From Desulfobacteraceae bacterium UBA2771 (GTDB taxonomy: Bacteria; Desulfobacterota; Desulfobacteria; Desulfobacterales; Desulfosarcinaceae), in the NCBI GenBank assembly GCA_002352605.1, contig DEIP01000005.1, forward strand, positions 1 through 61,726: a stretch of 61,726 bases of DNA, read 5' to 3'. The notes below the pieces were generated by a model. That model was given only the letters and a program-made list of their open reading frames with translations, had not been told where the DNA came from and ran no database searches. How positions within the stretch are numbered: position 1 is the first letter of the stretch; each line of letters opens with the position of its first letter. Made by a program: the position numbers and the translations under genes. Shown in pieces: positions 10,105 to 19,969 of the stretch.

Positions 10105-12138
10105 ATGGTTGCTATCAACATTCTTGCCGATCGCTTGATCGATGCCGATCCCTACCTGGAAGCCCATCGTCCGGCCCTGATCCGGCGGCTTAGGCACATT
10201 CAGGTCATGCGCGAACGGATCACCGAAGGCCGCCTGGACCTTCTGGACCTGGCGTCGGGGCATGAGTACTTCGGTCTTCACAAGACCGCAGAGGGGTGGA
10301 TCTTCAGGGAATGGGCGCCAAACGCCACGGCGATCTATCTGGTGGGGGATTTTTCCGGGTGGGGTGAGGATCATGCATATGCCCTGACCCGCATCAGTGC
10401 CGACGGCCAGTGGGAGATCCACCTGCCGGCCGACATGTTGCACCACGGCGATCTTTTTCGCCTTCGCATGCACTGGAACGGGGGGCGGGGTGATCGCATC
10501 CCGGCCTATGCCCGCCGGGTGGTGCAGGATCCGGACACCCTGATCTTCAACGCCCAGGTATGGGCGCCGGATCAGCCTTACCGCTGGCGGCATCCGGGCT
10601 TCGATCGACCGGACCGGCCGCCACTGGTCTACGAGGTGCATGTCGGCATGGTCCAGGATGAGGAGAAGGTCGGCTCCTGGCGGGAGTTTACAGAGAACAT
10701 CCTGCCGCGGATCGTGGACGCCGGCTACAACACCATTCAACTCATGGCTGTCCAGGAACATCCCTACTACGGCTCCTTCGGCTACCATGTCTCCAGCTTC
10801 TTCGCCCCGTCTTCGCGATTCGGTCCGCCGGAAGATCTCATGGATCTGGTCGATTCGGCCCACGGACAGGGAGTCGCCGTGGTCATGGACCTGGTGCACT
10901 CCCATTGTGTATCCAATACGGTGGAAGGGCTCGGGCTGTTCGACGGAACGGAATACCAATACTTCCACCAGGGCGGCCGGGGGCACCATTACGCCTGGGA
11001 CAGTCGCTGCTTCGACTACGGCAAACCCCAGGTGATTCATTTTCTGCTGTCCAACTGTCGCTACTGGTTGGATGCCTTTCACATGGACGGGTTCCGCTTC
11101 GACGGTATCACCAGTATGCTTTACACCCACCACGGCCTGGAAAAGGCGTTCAGTGGATACGACGACTACTTCAATGAAAAGGTGGATGAAGACGCCCTGG
11201 CCTACCTGGCCCTGGCCAACACGGTGATCCACCGCATTCGGCCCGATGCCATCACCGTGGCCGAAGACATCAGCGGCATGCCGGGGCTGGCCCTGCCCGT
11301 TGCCGACGGGGGCGTGGGGTTCGACTACCGCTTCTCCATGGGCGTTCCCGATTACTGGATCCGGCTGACCAAGGATACGCCGGATGAACAGTGGCCCATG
11401 AGACACCTGTGGCACGAACTGACCAACCGTCGGCGGGAGGAAAAGACCATCAGCTACACCGAGTCCCACGACCAGGCGCTGGTGGGGGACAAGACCCTGA
11501 TGTTCCGTATGGCCGATGCCGCCATGTACCATCACATGACGGTGGATGACCCGGACCTTGGCGTGGACCGGGCCATGGCCCTTCACAAGATGATCCGGCT
11601 GGTCACCCTGGCCACGGCGGGCAGCGGCTACCTGAATTTCATGGGCAACGAGTTCGGCCATCCCGATTGGATCGACTTTCCCCGGGAGGGAAACAGATGG
11701 AGCTTTCAATACGCCCGACGGCAGTGGCACCTGGCCGATGATCCCAATCTCAAGTACCGGCTGCTCGCCCGGTTCGACCGGTGGATGATCGCCCTGTTCA
11801 ACCGATTCGATCTGCTTTCGGGAGGTGACCCCGAGCTGTTGTGGGATCATGACGGCGACAAGGTTCTTGCTTTTTCACGGGGTGGATGGATTTTCGCCTT
11901 CAACTTTCACCCGTCGCAATCTTTTTGTGACTATGGCATCCCTGCGCCGAGCGGGTCATACCGGATGGTCCTGGATTCGGATCACCGGAATTTCGGCGGC
12001 CACGGTCGGCTGACGCAGGACCAGGTCCACCACACCCTGGAAGAAAAAAACAATCCATGGGGCCACCGGTTGTCCCTTTACCTGCCGTCGCGCACGGGAA
12101 TCGTTGTGCAACCGTTGGCTGCACCGAAAGGAATTTGA
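10105..12138 (+). CDS. glgB: 1,4-alpha-glucan branching enzyme (eukaryote/Bacteroidetes-like type)
   Basis: FREWAPNA, QEHPYYGSFGYHVSSFFAPSSRFG, GFRFDGITSM, AEDISGMP, ESHDQALVGDKT, LNFMGNEFGHPDWIDFPR. Confidence 0.92.
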   Translation: MVAINILADRLIDADPYLEAHRPALIRRLRHIQVMRERITEGRLDLLDLASGHEYFGLHKTAEGWIFREWAPNATAIYLVGDFSGWGEDHAYALTRISADGQWEIHLPADMLHHGDLFRLRMHWNGGRGDRIPAYARRVVQDPDTLIFNAQVWAPDQPYRWRHPGFDRPDRPPLVYEVHVGMVQDEEKVGSWREFTENILPRIVDAGYNTIQLMAVQEHPYYGSFGYHVSSFFAPSSRFGPPEDLMDLVDSAHGQGVAVVMDLVHSHCVSNTVEGLGLFDGTEYQYFHQGGRGHHYAWDSRCFDYGKPQVIHFLLSNCRYWLDAFHMDGFRFDGITSMLYTHHGLEKAFSGYDDYFNEKVDEDALAYLALANTVIHRIRPDAITVAEDISGMPGLALPVADGGVGFDYRFSMGVPDYWIRLTKDTPDEQWPMRHLWHELTNRRREEKTISYTESHDQALVGDKTLMFRMADAAMYHHMTVDDPDLGVDRAMALHKMIRLVTLATAGSGYLNFMGNEFGHPDWIDFPREGNRWSFQYARRQWHLADDPNLKYRLLARFDRWMIALFNRFDLLSGGDPELLWDHDGDKVLAFSRGGWIFAFNFHPSQSFCDYGIPAPSGSYRMVLDSDHRNFGGHGRLTQDQVHHTLEEKNNPWGHRLSLYLPSRTGIVVQPLAAPKGI

Positions 12139-12195
12139 AGCCAAGGTGGATCGGATTTTACGGTACCCCGATTCATTTTCGTGCCACGGACCCAT

Positions 12196-13248
12196 ATGGA
12201 ACTGAAAACCGATTTCTCGCTCAAAGCCTTCAACACATTCCGCGTCGAGGCTGTTGCCGCTCGCTATGTCCGTTTCGATGCGGAGAATGAGATCGCCGAT
12301 TTTCTCGGCCGGAATCTCCTTGACGGCAAGCGCCGTCTGGTTCTCGGCGGCGGCAGCAACCTGTTGTTCGTGGATGATTTTGACGGCATCGTGTTGCATC
12401 CGCTGCTAAAGGGAATCCATATGGTTAAAGCGGCCCGGCAGCACCTTCGGGTCAGGGCCATGGCCGGTGAGAATTGGGATGACCTGGTGGCGTTTGCCGT
12501 GGCCAACGGCTGGGGCGGCATCGAAAATCTTTCTCTCATCCCGGGCAGCGTCGGTGCCAGTGTGGTTCAGAACATCGGTGCCTACGGGGTAGAGGTCAAG
12601 GCGGTCATCGACCGCGTCGAAGCGATCTCCATCGATGACCGCAAGAAGGTCTTTTTTACTCCAAAAGATTGCGGCTTCGACTACCGCTCCAGCAACTTCA
12701 AAGGTACTTGGGCCGGGCGGTTTATCATCACGGCGGTGGTCTTCAAACTCAGCCGGCAGCCTGAATTCGTTCTCGACTATCCCGGCGTCAAAGCGGTCGT
12801 TGAAGATCTGGGATCGATTAACCTGGAGACCATCCGCCAGACCATCATTTCCATCCGGCAAAGTAAACTGCCCGATCCCGAACAGGTCGGCAATGGGGGA
12901 AGTTTCTTTAAGAACCCCGTGATTGACGGAAACGCCATCGACAGGTTGCTGAACGGATATCCCGACTTGCCCCACTATCCCCAGGGCGACGATCAATTCA
13001 AACTGGCTGCCGGTTGGATGATCGAACACTGCGGCTTGAAAGGCAAGCGTGCCGGCAAGGCGGCCGTCCATGACAAGCAGGCATTGGTGATGGTGAATTT
13101 GGGCGGTGCCACGGGACGGGAAATTCTGGAATTGTCCGAGCAGGTCAAAGGAGCCGTTCATGACAGGTTCGGCATTAAACTGGAGCGGGAGGTACTGGTT
13201 GTCCCATCGCCGGGCCGGATTTCCAGCTTGGCCGCGCAACCGGGGTGA
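12196..13248 (+). CDS. murB: UDP-N-acetylenolpyruvoylglucosamine reductase
   Basis: LKAFNTF, LGGGSNLLF, ENLSLIPGSVGA..QNIGAYG, GSFFKNP, LEREV. Confidence 0.95.
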   Translation: MELKTDFSLKAFNTFRVEAVAARYVRFDAENEIADFLGRNLLDGKRRLVLGGGSNLLFVDDFDGIVLHPLLKGIHMVKAARQHLRVRAMAGENWDDLVAFAVANGWGGIENLSLIPGSVGASVVQNIGAYGVEVKAVIDRVEAISIDDRKKVFFTPKDCGFDYRSSNFKGTWAGRFIITAVVFKLSRQPEFVLDYPGVKAVVEDLGSINLETIRQTIISIRQSKLPDPEQVGNGGSFFKNPVIDGNAIDRLLNGYPDLPHYPQGDDQFKLAAGWMIEHCGLKGKRAGKAAVHDKQALVMVNLGGATGREILELSEQVKGAVHDRFGIKLEREVLVVPSPGRISSLAAQPG

Positions 13249-13341
13249 CGTTTTTAAGCACGGGAGGGGGCGAGAAGGTGATCCCGAACATGTCGAACCA
13301 TGAGCCTCCCCCCGGCAGCGATGGGAATCTACCGATAATTA

Positions 13342-13677
13342 TTAAAGAAACATTTTTTCAGGGGGGCGGCGCTCAGGCACGTACGCCTGGTCAATTTTGC
13401 CTTCGTTCCATGCTTTGGAGACGTAAAGGTTGCAGTAGCATGAGCCGAATTCGGCCACATCGGGCTTCCGGTAGTCGCAGGGGCAGATGATGTCCCGGTC
13501 GTTGTCCCGATCGCCGGCGGCCAACCGACAGGGGCAGACCATGTAGCCGTAGCGCGCCTTATTGATGAGCAGCGCATCCAGCAGCTCCATGACCTGCTCA
13601 CGGTTGTCGCTGAAATAGTACCCTTTGGGCTCCTGAATTTTTCTCAGTTTTTCGTAAAGCGCATTGGCATCCATCAC
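13342..13677 (-). CDS. Ferredoxin:thioredoxin reductase catalytic (beta) subunit-like protein
   Basis: CPC, CPC, CYC motifs (YGYMVCPCRL..ICPCDY..GSCYCNLY). Confidence 0.88.
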   Translation of the reverse strand: MMDANALYEKLRKIQEPKGYYFSDNREQVMELLDALLINKARYGYMVCPCRLAAGDRDNDRDIICPCDYRKPDVAEFGSCYCNLYVSKAWNEGKIDQAYVPERRPPEKMFL

Positions 13678-13928
13678 AGTCCCAGCGCCTCCTTAATTTT
13701 GTCTACCTTGTAGCCGACGATGACATTGTCACCGATGATAACGGTGGGAAATGAACATTTAGGGTTGAATTTTCTCACATCGGCGAGAATGGCTTTGCGT
13801 TCATCCCCATTCAGCAGGTCTACATCCACGAACTCATATTGAATGGTGCATTCATCCAGCAGACGTTTGGTGGATTTACAATGGCTGCACGTACTCAGTG
13901 AAAAGACCTTCACGGGTTTGTCCGGCAT
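13674..13928 (-). CDS. Glutaredoxin/NrdH-like protein
   Basis: CSHC active site, cis-Pro motif SFPTVII, IVGY; overlaps the FTR gene start by 4 nt. Confidence 0.88.
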   Translation of the reverse strand: MPDKPVKVFSLSTCSHCKSTKRLLDECTIQYEFVDVDLLNGDERKAILADVRKFNPKCSFPTVIIGDNVIVGYKVDKIKEALGL

Positions 13929-14099
13929 GATTGTTTCCTTTCCAAAGTATGGGGCCGTGAGTGAAATATCCCCTTTGGCCCTATCAACAAAAAGCGTGAG
14001 TGAGAACCCCCACCTTAAAGATCCACCGGGAGTTGGTCAAGGGAAATCCGTGAAGAGATAAATAATGAAAGAGTGCTTGACGGGTGCGGCGGCCCATAC

Positions 14100-14593
14100 C
14101 GTACCGTGCTGGCGGACGGATGGGGTGGCTCCATGGTGGCCACGGAGATCTCCGACATCCTCTTCGGTACCCCCACACCGGTGGCGGTGAATGTCAATAT
14201 GGGCGTTCTCAAAGAGGACCATGACAACATCATCAACGGCCGTATCCGCGTCGTGGCCGGTGTGGTTGGCTGCACCAACCCGAGAATCAAACAGGACTGG
14301 GCCCACGTGGAGCTGGTTAAAACGCTCATTAAAAATGATGTCCTCGTGCCGCAGACCGGCCGTTCACAGATTTCACTGGCCAAAGAAGGCTTATGACGCC
14401 CGAGGCGGCCTACATAGCCGGACCGGGGTTGCAGGAGGTGTGTGAAACCGTCGGTATGCCGCCGGTGCTTGGCCTGGGATCCTGCGTGGACAACAGCCGG
14501 ATCCTGATCGCCACCTCTGAAATGGTGCGGGCGAGAGGACTCGGTGACAGCATTGCCGATTAGCCGGCGGCCGGTGCCGCACCGGAATGGATG
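14100..14593 (+). pseudogene. cooS: Anaerobic carbon monoxide dehydrogenase remnant (truncated at both ends, internal deletion, frameshift, stop)
   Basis: LADGWGGSMVATEISDILFGTP; GVVGCTNPR; after a frameshift at ~14392, LQEVCETVGMPPVLGLGSCVDNSRILIA..IAD*PAAGAAPEWM; TAG at 14561-14563. Confidence 0.88.
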
Positions 14594-14618
14594 ACGGTCT
14601 CAACCATTTTGATGAAGC

Positions 14619-14645
14619 AAAGGGGCTCGGTAACGAGCCCCTTTT

Positions 14646-14647
<2 letters not shown>
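14619..14647. terminator. Bidirectional intrinsic terminator
   Basis: AAAGGGGCTCG-GTAA-CGAGCCCCTTTTTT. Confidence 0.8.
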
Positions 14648-15995
<1,348 letters not shown>

Positions 15996-16197
15996 TTTCA
16001 CTATGGATGTAGTCTGAGTACAGGAATATCGAGATCCGAAACGGGACCCGCCCACGATCGGTCAACCCGTGATAGACGAAGGCTACATATCACCAATAAA
16101 TAAAAGATTCAAGGTTAATGGGGTCAGATAAGGCCGTCGGCAGGCACTGATCAGGCGGGGATCCGGCAGTAGCAGCCAAGGCAGCGGTGACCGCGGG

Positions 16198-16998
16198 TCA
16201 ACGGGCCCATTTTTCGGAGAAGGCCTTAATATCTGCATCGGTGAGCAACTGGGCAAAGCGCTGCCCGCGGGTGCTGCGCGACTTGTAGAATGACAGAAAG
16301 TCACCGATCATGCGTACCACCGCTTGGGCATCGTGAATGCCCGGCAGTTCCTTGGCCAGGCGGGGATGGCGGCCCAGCTTACCGCCGATCATCACCCGGT
16401 AGCCTGTTTTGCCAGCTGTCAGCGTGCCTGTCGGACAGGCGGCCATGCAACTGCCGCAGTGAACACAGCGCCGGAAGTCGATGGCGTCGGCTTCACCGGT
16501 TTCAGACAGCAGCACCGCCTCCTCTTTGCAGGCATCGCGGCAGGCACCGCAGGCGGCGCAGGCAATCTTTGTGAACACGGGGGACGCCACACCGAGAATG
16601 CCCACATCCTTGATCTGGGGTTGGGAGCAGGCATTGGGGCAGTCGGCGATGCTGATGCGAAATTCGTGGTGAAACTTCAGATCACCCTGAACTCGCGACT
16701 TCAGGAACCGGAGCAGGTCGGCGTCGGCCATGACCCGTTCGATATTTTCGACCAGCGCCTCGCCGGCCACGGCCCGGTTAGGGCATCCACTTTGGCCGAA
16801 GCAGGCATCTACCTGGTAGCCTTTGATCTCACTGCTCATTATATTAAGATAACGGGCTTGGGTGGCCTTCACATCTGCAAGGGTCACGCGGTTCTTGCCG
16901 GCATCGCCGGTTTCTTTTTCCACCCGGGCGCGAACTTTTTTGCGGACGAAAAACGGCACTTTTTTCACGGCCGCTTCGGCTTGCTCGGTCCATTGCAT
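16198..16998 (-). CDS. Sulfite-reductase-like siroheme/[4Fe-4S] protein with a 2x[4Fe-4S] ferredoxin insert and N-terminal PCP_red domain
   Basis: MQWTEQAEAAVKKVPFFVRKKVR (PCP_red); CFGQSGC (Cx5C) and CPNAC (Cx3C); CAACGACRDAC and CVHCGSCMAACP; GGKLGRHPRLA. Confidence 0.75.
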   Translation of the reverse strand: MQWTEQAEAAVKKVPFFVRKKVRARVEKETGDAGKNRVTLADVKATQARYLNIMSSEIKGYQVDACFGQSGCPNRAVAGEALVENIERVMADADLLRFLKSRVQGDLKFHHEFRISIADCPNACSQPQIKDVGILGVASPVFTKIACAACGACRDACKEEAVLLSETGEADAIDFRRCVHCGSCMAACPTGTLTAGKTGYRVMIGGKLGRHPRLAKELPGIHDAQAVVRMIGDFLSFYKSRSTRGQRFAQLLTDADIKAFSEKWAR

Positions 16999-17013
16999 AA
17001 TTGATGCTTCTCC

Positions 17014-17766
17014 TTAATCAGTAGTTAACCAATACACCTTGCGACTGACGGGTTTCAGGGATCGGGCGCCGCCGCCGTGGCGAATGATTTTCAGGGCCCG
17101 TGCAGGGTCTGTGATGGCGGTGCCGGCCAGCATGTGGATGGGCAGATGATCGAATGCGTCGGGCAGAATGGGGGTGGTGGGGCCCAGCAGGACGGTTTTT
17201 AAGTCGGGTCCGACATGGGAAAGAACGGATTCAGTGGTACCGTTGATGATGCTGGTGGCCGTGATCAACAGGAGATCGGCCCATCCGTCGAGTTGACGGT
17301 AAAAGGTCTTTTCGTCCCCCAGATTTTTGGCATTGTCGATTATCGACAAGGGGACTTTTTTTTCTTCCAAGAGGCGAACCAGCGGCGGAAAATACCCGAC
17401 CATCGCCACCCGGGCGCCGGATATGATGTCGAAGTGATCAAGAAGAACCATGTTGTCCGGGTCGTCGGGCAGGTTCATCGTTTGTTTGTGATTCAGGGCA
17501 TTGATCAATGCCAGGGCCATGGTCCGGCCTATGGGATGGGGATCCATAATCAGTCGCAGCAGATCGGTGGCCGGGCTTCCCTCGAAATCGACGACATCGC
17601 GGTTGCCGATGCTACCGCCGTCCAGGGTCACACCGGTGGCGGCGATGCCGATGCCGCCATCCGATGTGGTCACCGATGTGTAACCCAAGCCGATGGTTAC
17701 CTGGTCAACCTTGACTCTGTCAGCGGCAGCGGACATACATTCGTACAGCTTTCCATTTAATTCCAT
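17014..17766 (-). CDS. DUF364/DUF4213 family (Rossmann-like) protein
   Basis: IGLGYTSV, LALINAL, VAMVGYFPPL, ITATSIINGT, LLGPTTP. Confidence 0.75.
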   Translation of the reverse strand: MELNGKLYECMSAAADRVKVDQVTIGLGYTSVTTSDGGIGIAATGVTLDGGSIGNRDVVDFEGSPATDLLRLIMDPHPIGRTMALALINALNHKQTMNLPDDPDNMVLLDHFDIISGARVAMVGYFPPLVRLLEEKKVPLSIIDNAKNLGDEKTFYRQLDGWADLLLITATSIINGTTESVLSHVGPDLKTVLLGPTTPILPDAFDHLPIHMLAGTAITDPARALKIIRHGGGARSLKPVSRKVYWLTTD

Positions 17767-17832
17767 TGATTGTCATCCCACGCAACCGGCTGCCAAAGCA
17801 CAGGCTTGTATGATGCCGTTTATGTTTTTATA

Positions 17833-18903
17833 TCAACAGCCGGTTTTCCCCATCGGGCAGGCCGGGTAGCGACAGGTAGGGCAGTCCAGGCACAGTCCGC
17901 CCACGGCAAACCGGGCCAGGTCCCGGTTATCGAGTATTTCGCCGGCCAGCAGCCGGGGCAGCACCAGGTCGAATATGGTGATTTGGTGGTATAGCCCGCA
18001 GGCCGGGATGCCCACGATGGGCATAGTGCCCTTGTAAGCCAGCTGGAACATGGCACCGGGCAGCACGGCTGCGCCGTAGTGAAGCGTGTCCACCCCGGCC
18101 CTGCGGATGCCGTGCCGGGTCATGTCGTCCGGGTCCACGGACATGCCCCCGGTGGTGATGATCATGTCCGTGTCGGCTGCAGAAAACCGGCGCACGGTAT
18201 TGGCGATCAGCTCGGGATCGTCGGGAAGCATCACCGTCTCTCGCAAGGATGCCCCGAAGGCTGCCAGCTTGTCTTTGACGATGGCCTCGAACCGGTCTTC
18301 GATCAACCCTTCGTATACCTCGTTGCCGGTGATGACCAGGCGGGCGTTTTTAAGATGGTAGGCCTTGACGCTGAAGATGGGCGCCTGCTTCCGGGCCAGC
18401 GCCACCGCTTCGTTCAGCACCTGTCGTTCGATCACCAGGGGGATGGCCCGGGTACCGGCCACAATCTGTCCCTGGGATACGGGCACATTGTCGTGCATGG
18501 CCGCGCACATGACGTCGGAGATGAGATTGAAGGCCACCAGGGCCTGGGTATTGATTTTCAGCAAACCGGTGTAAGCGGCCTGCAGCTGAAGTTTGCCCTC
18601 ACTGGGCGCCCTGCCGAAAGTGATGCCGGGGCCGGCCAGGGCTGTGGCCAGCTCCACCACCGCGTCGTCTTCATGGATCTGGTCGGCTTTCAGGTCAAGG
18701 GTGTACAGGTGCCGCTTGCCCAGTCGCATCAGCCGGCAGACATCCTGTTCTTCGACCTTGTGACCCCGCCGGAAGGAGGGGCCCTTGAACTCGCCGGGAC
18801 GGATCTCGGTAATGTCGTGGGCCAGGCGCGTGCCGACGGCTTCTTCAACGTTGATCTTGGTCATGCCGCCGTGGTACCGGCGAGCGTGATGGGACTGGCA
18901 CAT
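17833..18903 (-). CDS. Molybdopterin-binding (MoCF_biosynth/MoeA-like) protein with C-terminal Cys cluster
   Basis: AVGTRLAHDITEI, ITGNEV, TTGGMSVDPDD, GAAVLPG, GGLCLDCPTCRYPACPMGK; AAGGA RBS. Confidence 0.8.
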   Translation of the reverse strand: MCQSHHARRYHGGMTKINVEEAVGTRLAHDITEIRPGEFKGPSFRRGHKVEEQDVCRLMRLGKRHLYTLDLKADQIHEDDAVVELATALAGPGITFGRAPSEGKLQLQAAYTGLLKINTQALVAFNLISDVMCAAMHDNVPVSQGQIVAGTRAIPLVIERQVLNEAVALARKQAPIFSVKAYHLKNARLVITGNEVYEGLIEDRFEAIVKDKLAAFGASLRETVMLPDDPELIANTVRRFSAADTDMIITTGGMSVDPDDMTRHGIRRAGVDTLHYGAAVLPGAMFQLAYKGTMPIVGIPACGLYHQITIFDLVLPRLLAGEILDNRDLARFAVGGLCLDCPTCRYPACPMGKTGC

Positions 18904-18933
18904 GGTTTATATCCTTTTCGATAGTGGTGAGCG

Positions 18934-19545
18934 TCAGGCGATTTTCAGGCGTGCGCCTGGTTCCAGCGGCCGGAAATAGGTGCCGTGGGCGCAGGGGCGA
19001 CAGAGCACCCGTTCGTTGAGGAAAACTTCCTTTTTGTCCCGGACCATGGCCCCACATTCGTCACAGCGGACCTTGAACCGGGAAGGACCCGGCATATCGT
19101 GGACGGGCACATCCACCCACACCGGCATGACGGAGAACAGGACGTCATCGGGCATGTTCTTGTAACCATCGAGCTGCTGCAGGCGAACATCATCGATGTC
19201 CGGTGCGTACACGTGGGCCAGGTCCCGGGAAGATTCGGTAGAGACGATACGAAAGGCCTTGCCGCTTTCCAGGTTGACGAAGGTGGCGGCCATGATGCCG
19301 TTGTCCACAAATTTCAGCGAGCGGCGGCCCAGCTTGACGCCGGTAACATAGGAGATGGCGTCCGTGGCACAGCGATCGATCTCCACGTAAACGATGAGTT
19401 TTTTGATCTGGGGCAGCCGGCGGGGGGTGTCCAGGCCGATGAGACGGCATCCCAGCATGGCCATGCGCACACCCACTACCTGGCCGGGGCACAGGTGGCC
19501 GTGGGCTCTGGCCGATCCTTCCAGCAGGGTGTTGAAATCATCCAT
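18934..19545 (-). CDS. FmdE family protein with C-terminal C4 zinc finger
   Basis: HGHLCPG..GVRM, EIDRCATDAI, LGRRSLK; CDECG..LCRPCA. Confidence 0.85.
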   Translation of the reverse strand: MDDFNTLLEGSARAHGHLCPGQVVGVRMAMLGCRLIGLDTPRRLPQIKKLIVYVEIDRCATDAISYVTGVKLGRRSLKFVDNGIMAATFVNLESGKAFRIVSTESSRDLAHVYAPDIDDVRLQQLDGYKNMPDDVLFSVMPVWVDVPVHDMPGPSRFKVRCDECGAMVRDKKEVFLNERVLCRPCAHGTYFRPLEPGARLKIA

Positions 19546-19586
19546 GATCTCCCTCTTGGTATTGTGTTAGGTCGAACATAACCCGC

Positions 19587-19627
19587 CGCAAAAAAAAAGC
19601 CGTTCCGTGAGCGGAATCAACATTTTA
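19587..19627 (-). promoter_or_regulatory. Putative sigma54 promoter with adjacent IHF site for the fmdE cluster
   Basis: Minus strand ACGGCTTTTTTTTTGCG (GG-N10-GC); perfect IHF consensus AATCAA-CATT-TTA at 19615-19627. Confidence 0.55.
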
Positions 19628-19969
19628 TAAAAATATTTTCAGGCGGAGTCCATACCGACAAGGTTTCTATAGCACGGTTTCATGTCGCCGTGTTGTAAAA
19701 ATTGTTACCGGTCAACAATTTCGGGAACGGGGCGGCGCAGGGACAGGCTGACGTTAACGATGTTACTGCCGGGTATTCGTACGAGGCCGGGAAGTAATCC
19801 AGACCCAGACGGAGTACGAGTTGCCGGATTTTGTTACATCTTTAACCGAAATGTTGCTTGCCTTTTTGTCAAACGGGTGAGATAAAAAGTAGGCAGTATC
19901 GTATTGCGTGTCACACCTTCCCCTATCCCAAACATACTGATTAAATCCTTACTAAGGAGCGATAACCCG

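Noticed and set aside
6538-11850. Long antisense ORFs (691, 465 and 585 aa) opposite glgP/glgA/glgB, and similar shadows elsewhere
   Set aside because: Expected mirror frames of GC-biased genes; no recognisable motifs.
14561-14563. TAG in the cooS remnant as pyrrolysine
   Set aside because: It falls at an expected Leu position (TTG>TAG) in a gene with several other lesions.
17781-17797. TTTGGCAGCCGGTTGCG as a sigma54 promoter (minus strand)
   Set aside because: GG-to-GC spacing is 9 nt rather than the required 10.
17767-17835. G-C-TGA end of the MoCF protein, in frame with DUF364 via a second TGA (possible Sec read-through fusion)
   Set aside because: The in-frame phase is a 1-in-3 coincidence; no convincing SECIS, and both proteins look complete on their own.
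19546-19969. Moco/tungsten or cobalamin riboswitch upstream of fmdE
   Set aside because: No recognisable consensus elements; a sigma54/IHF layout explains the region better.
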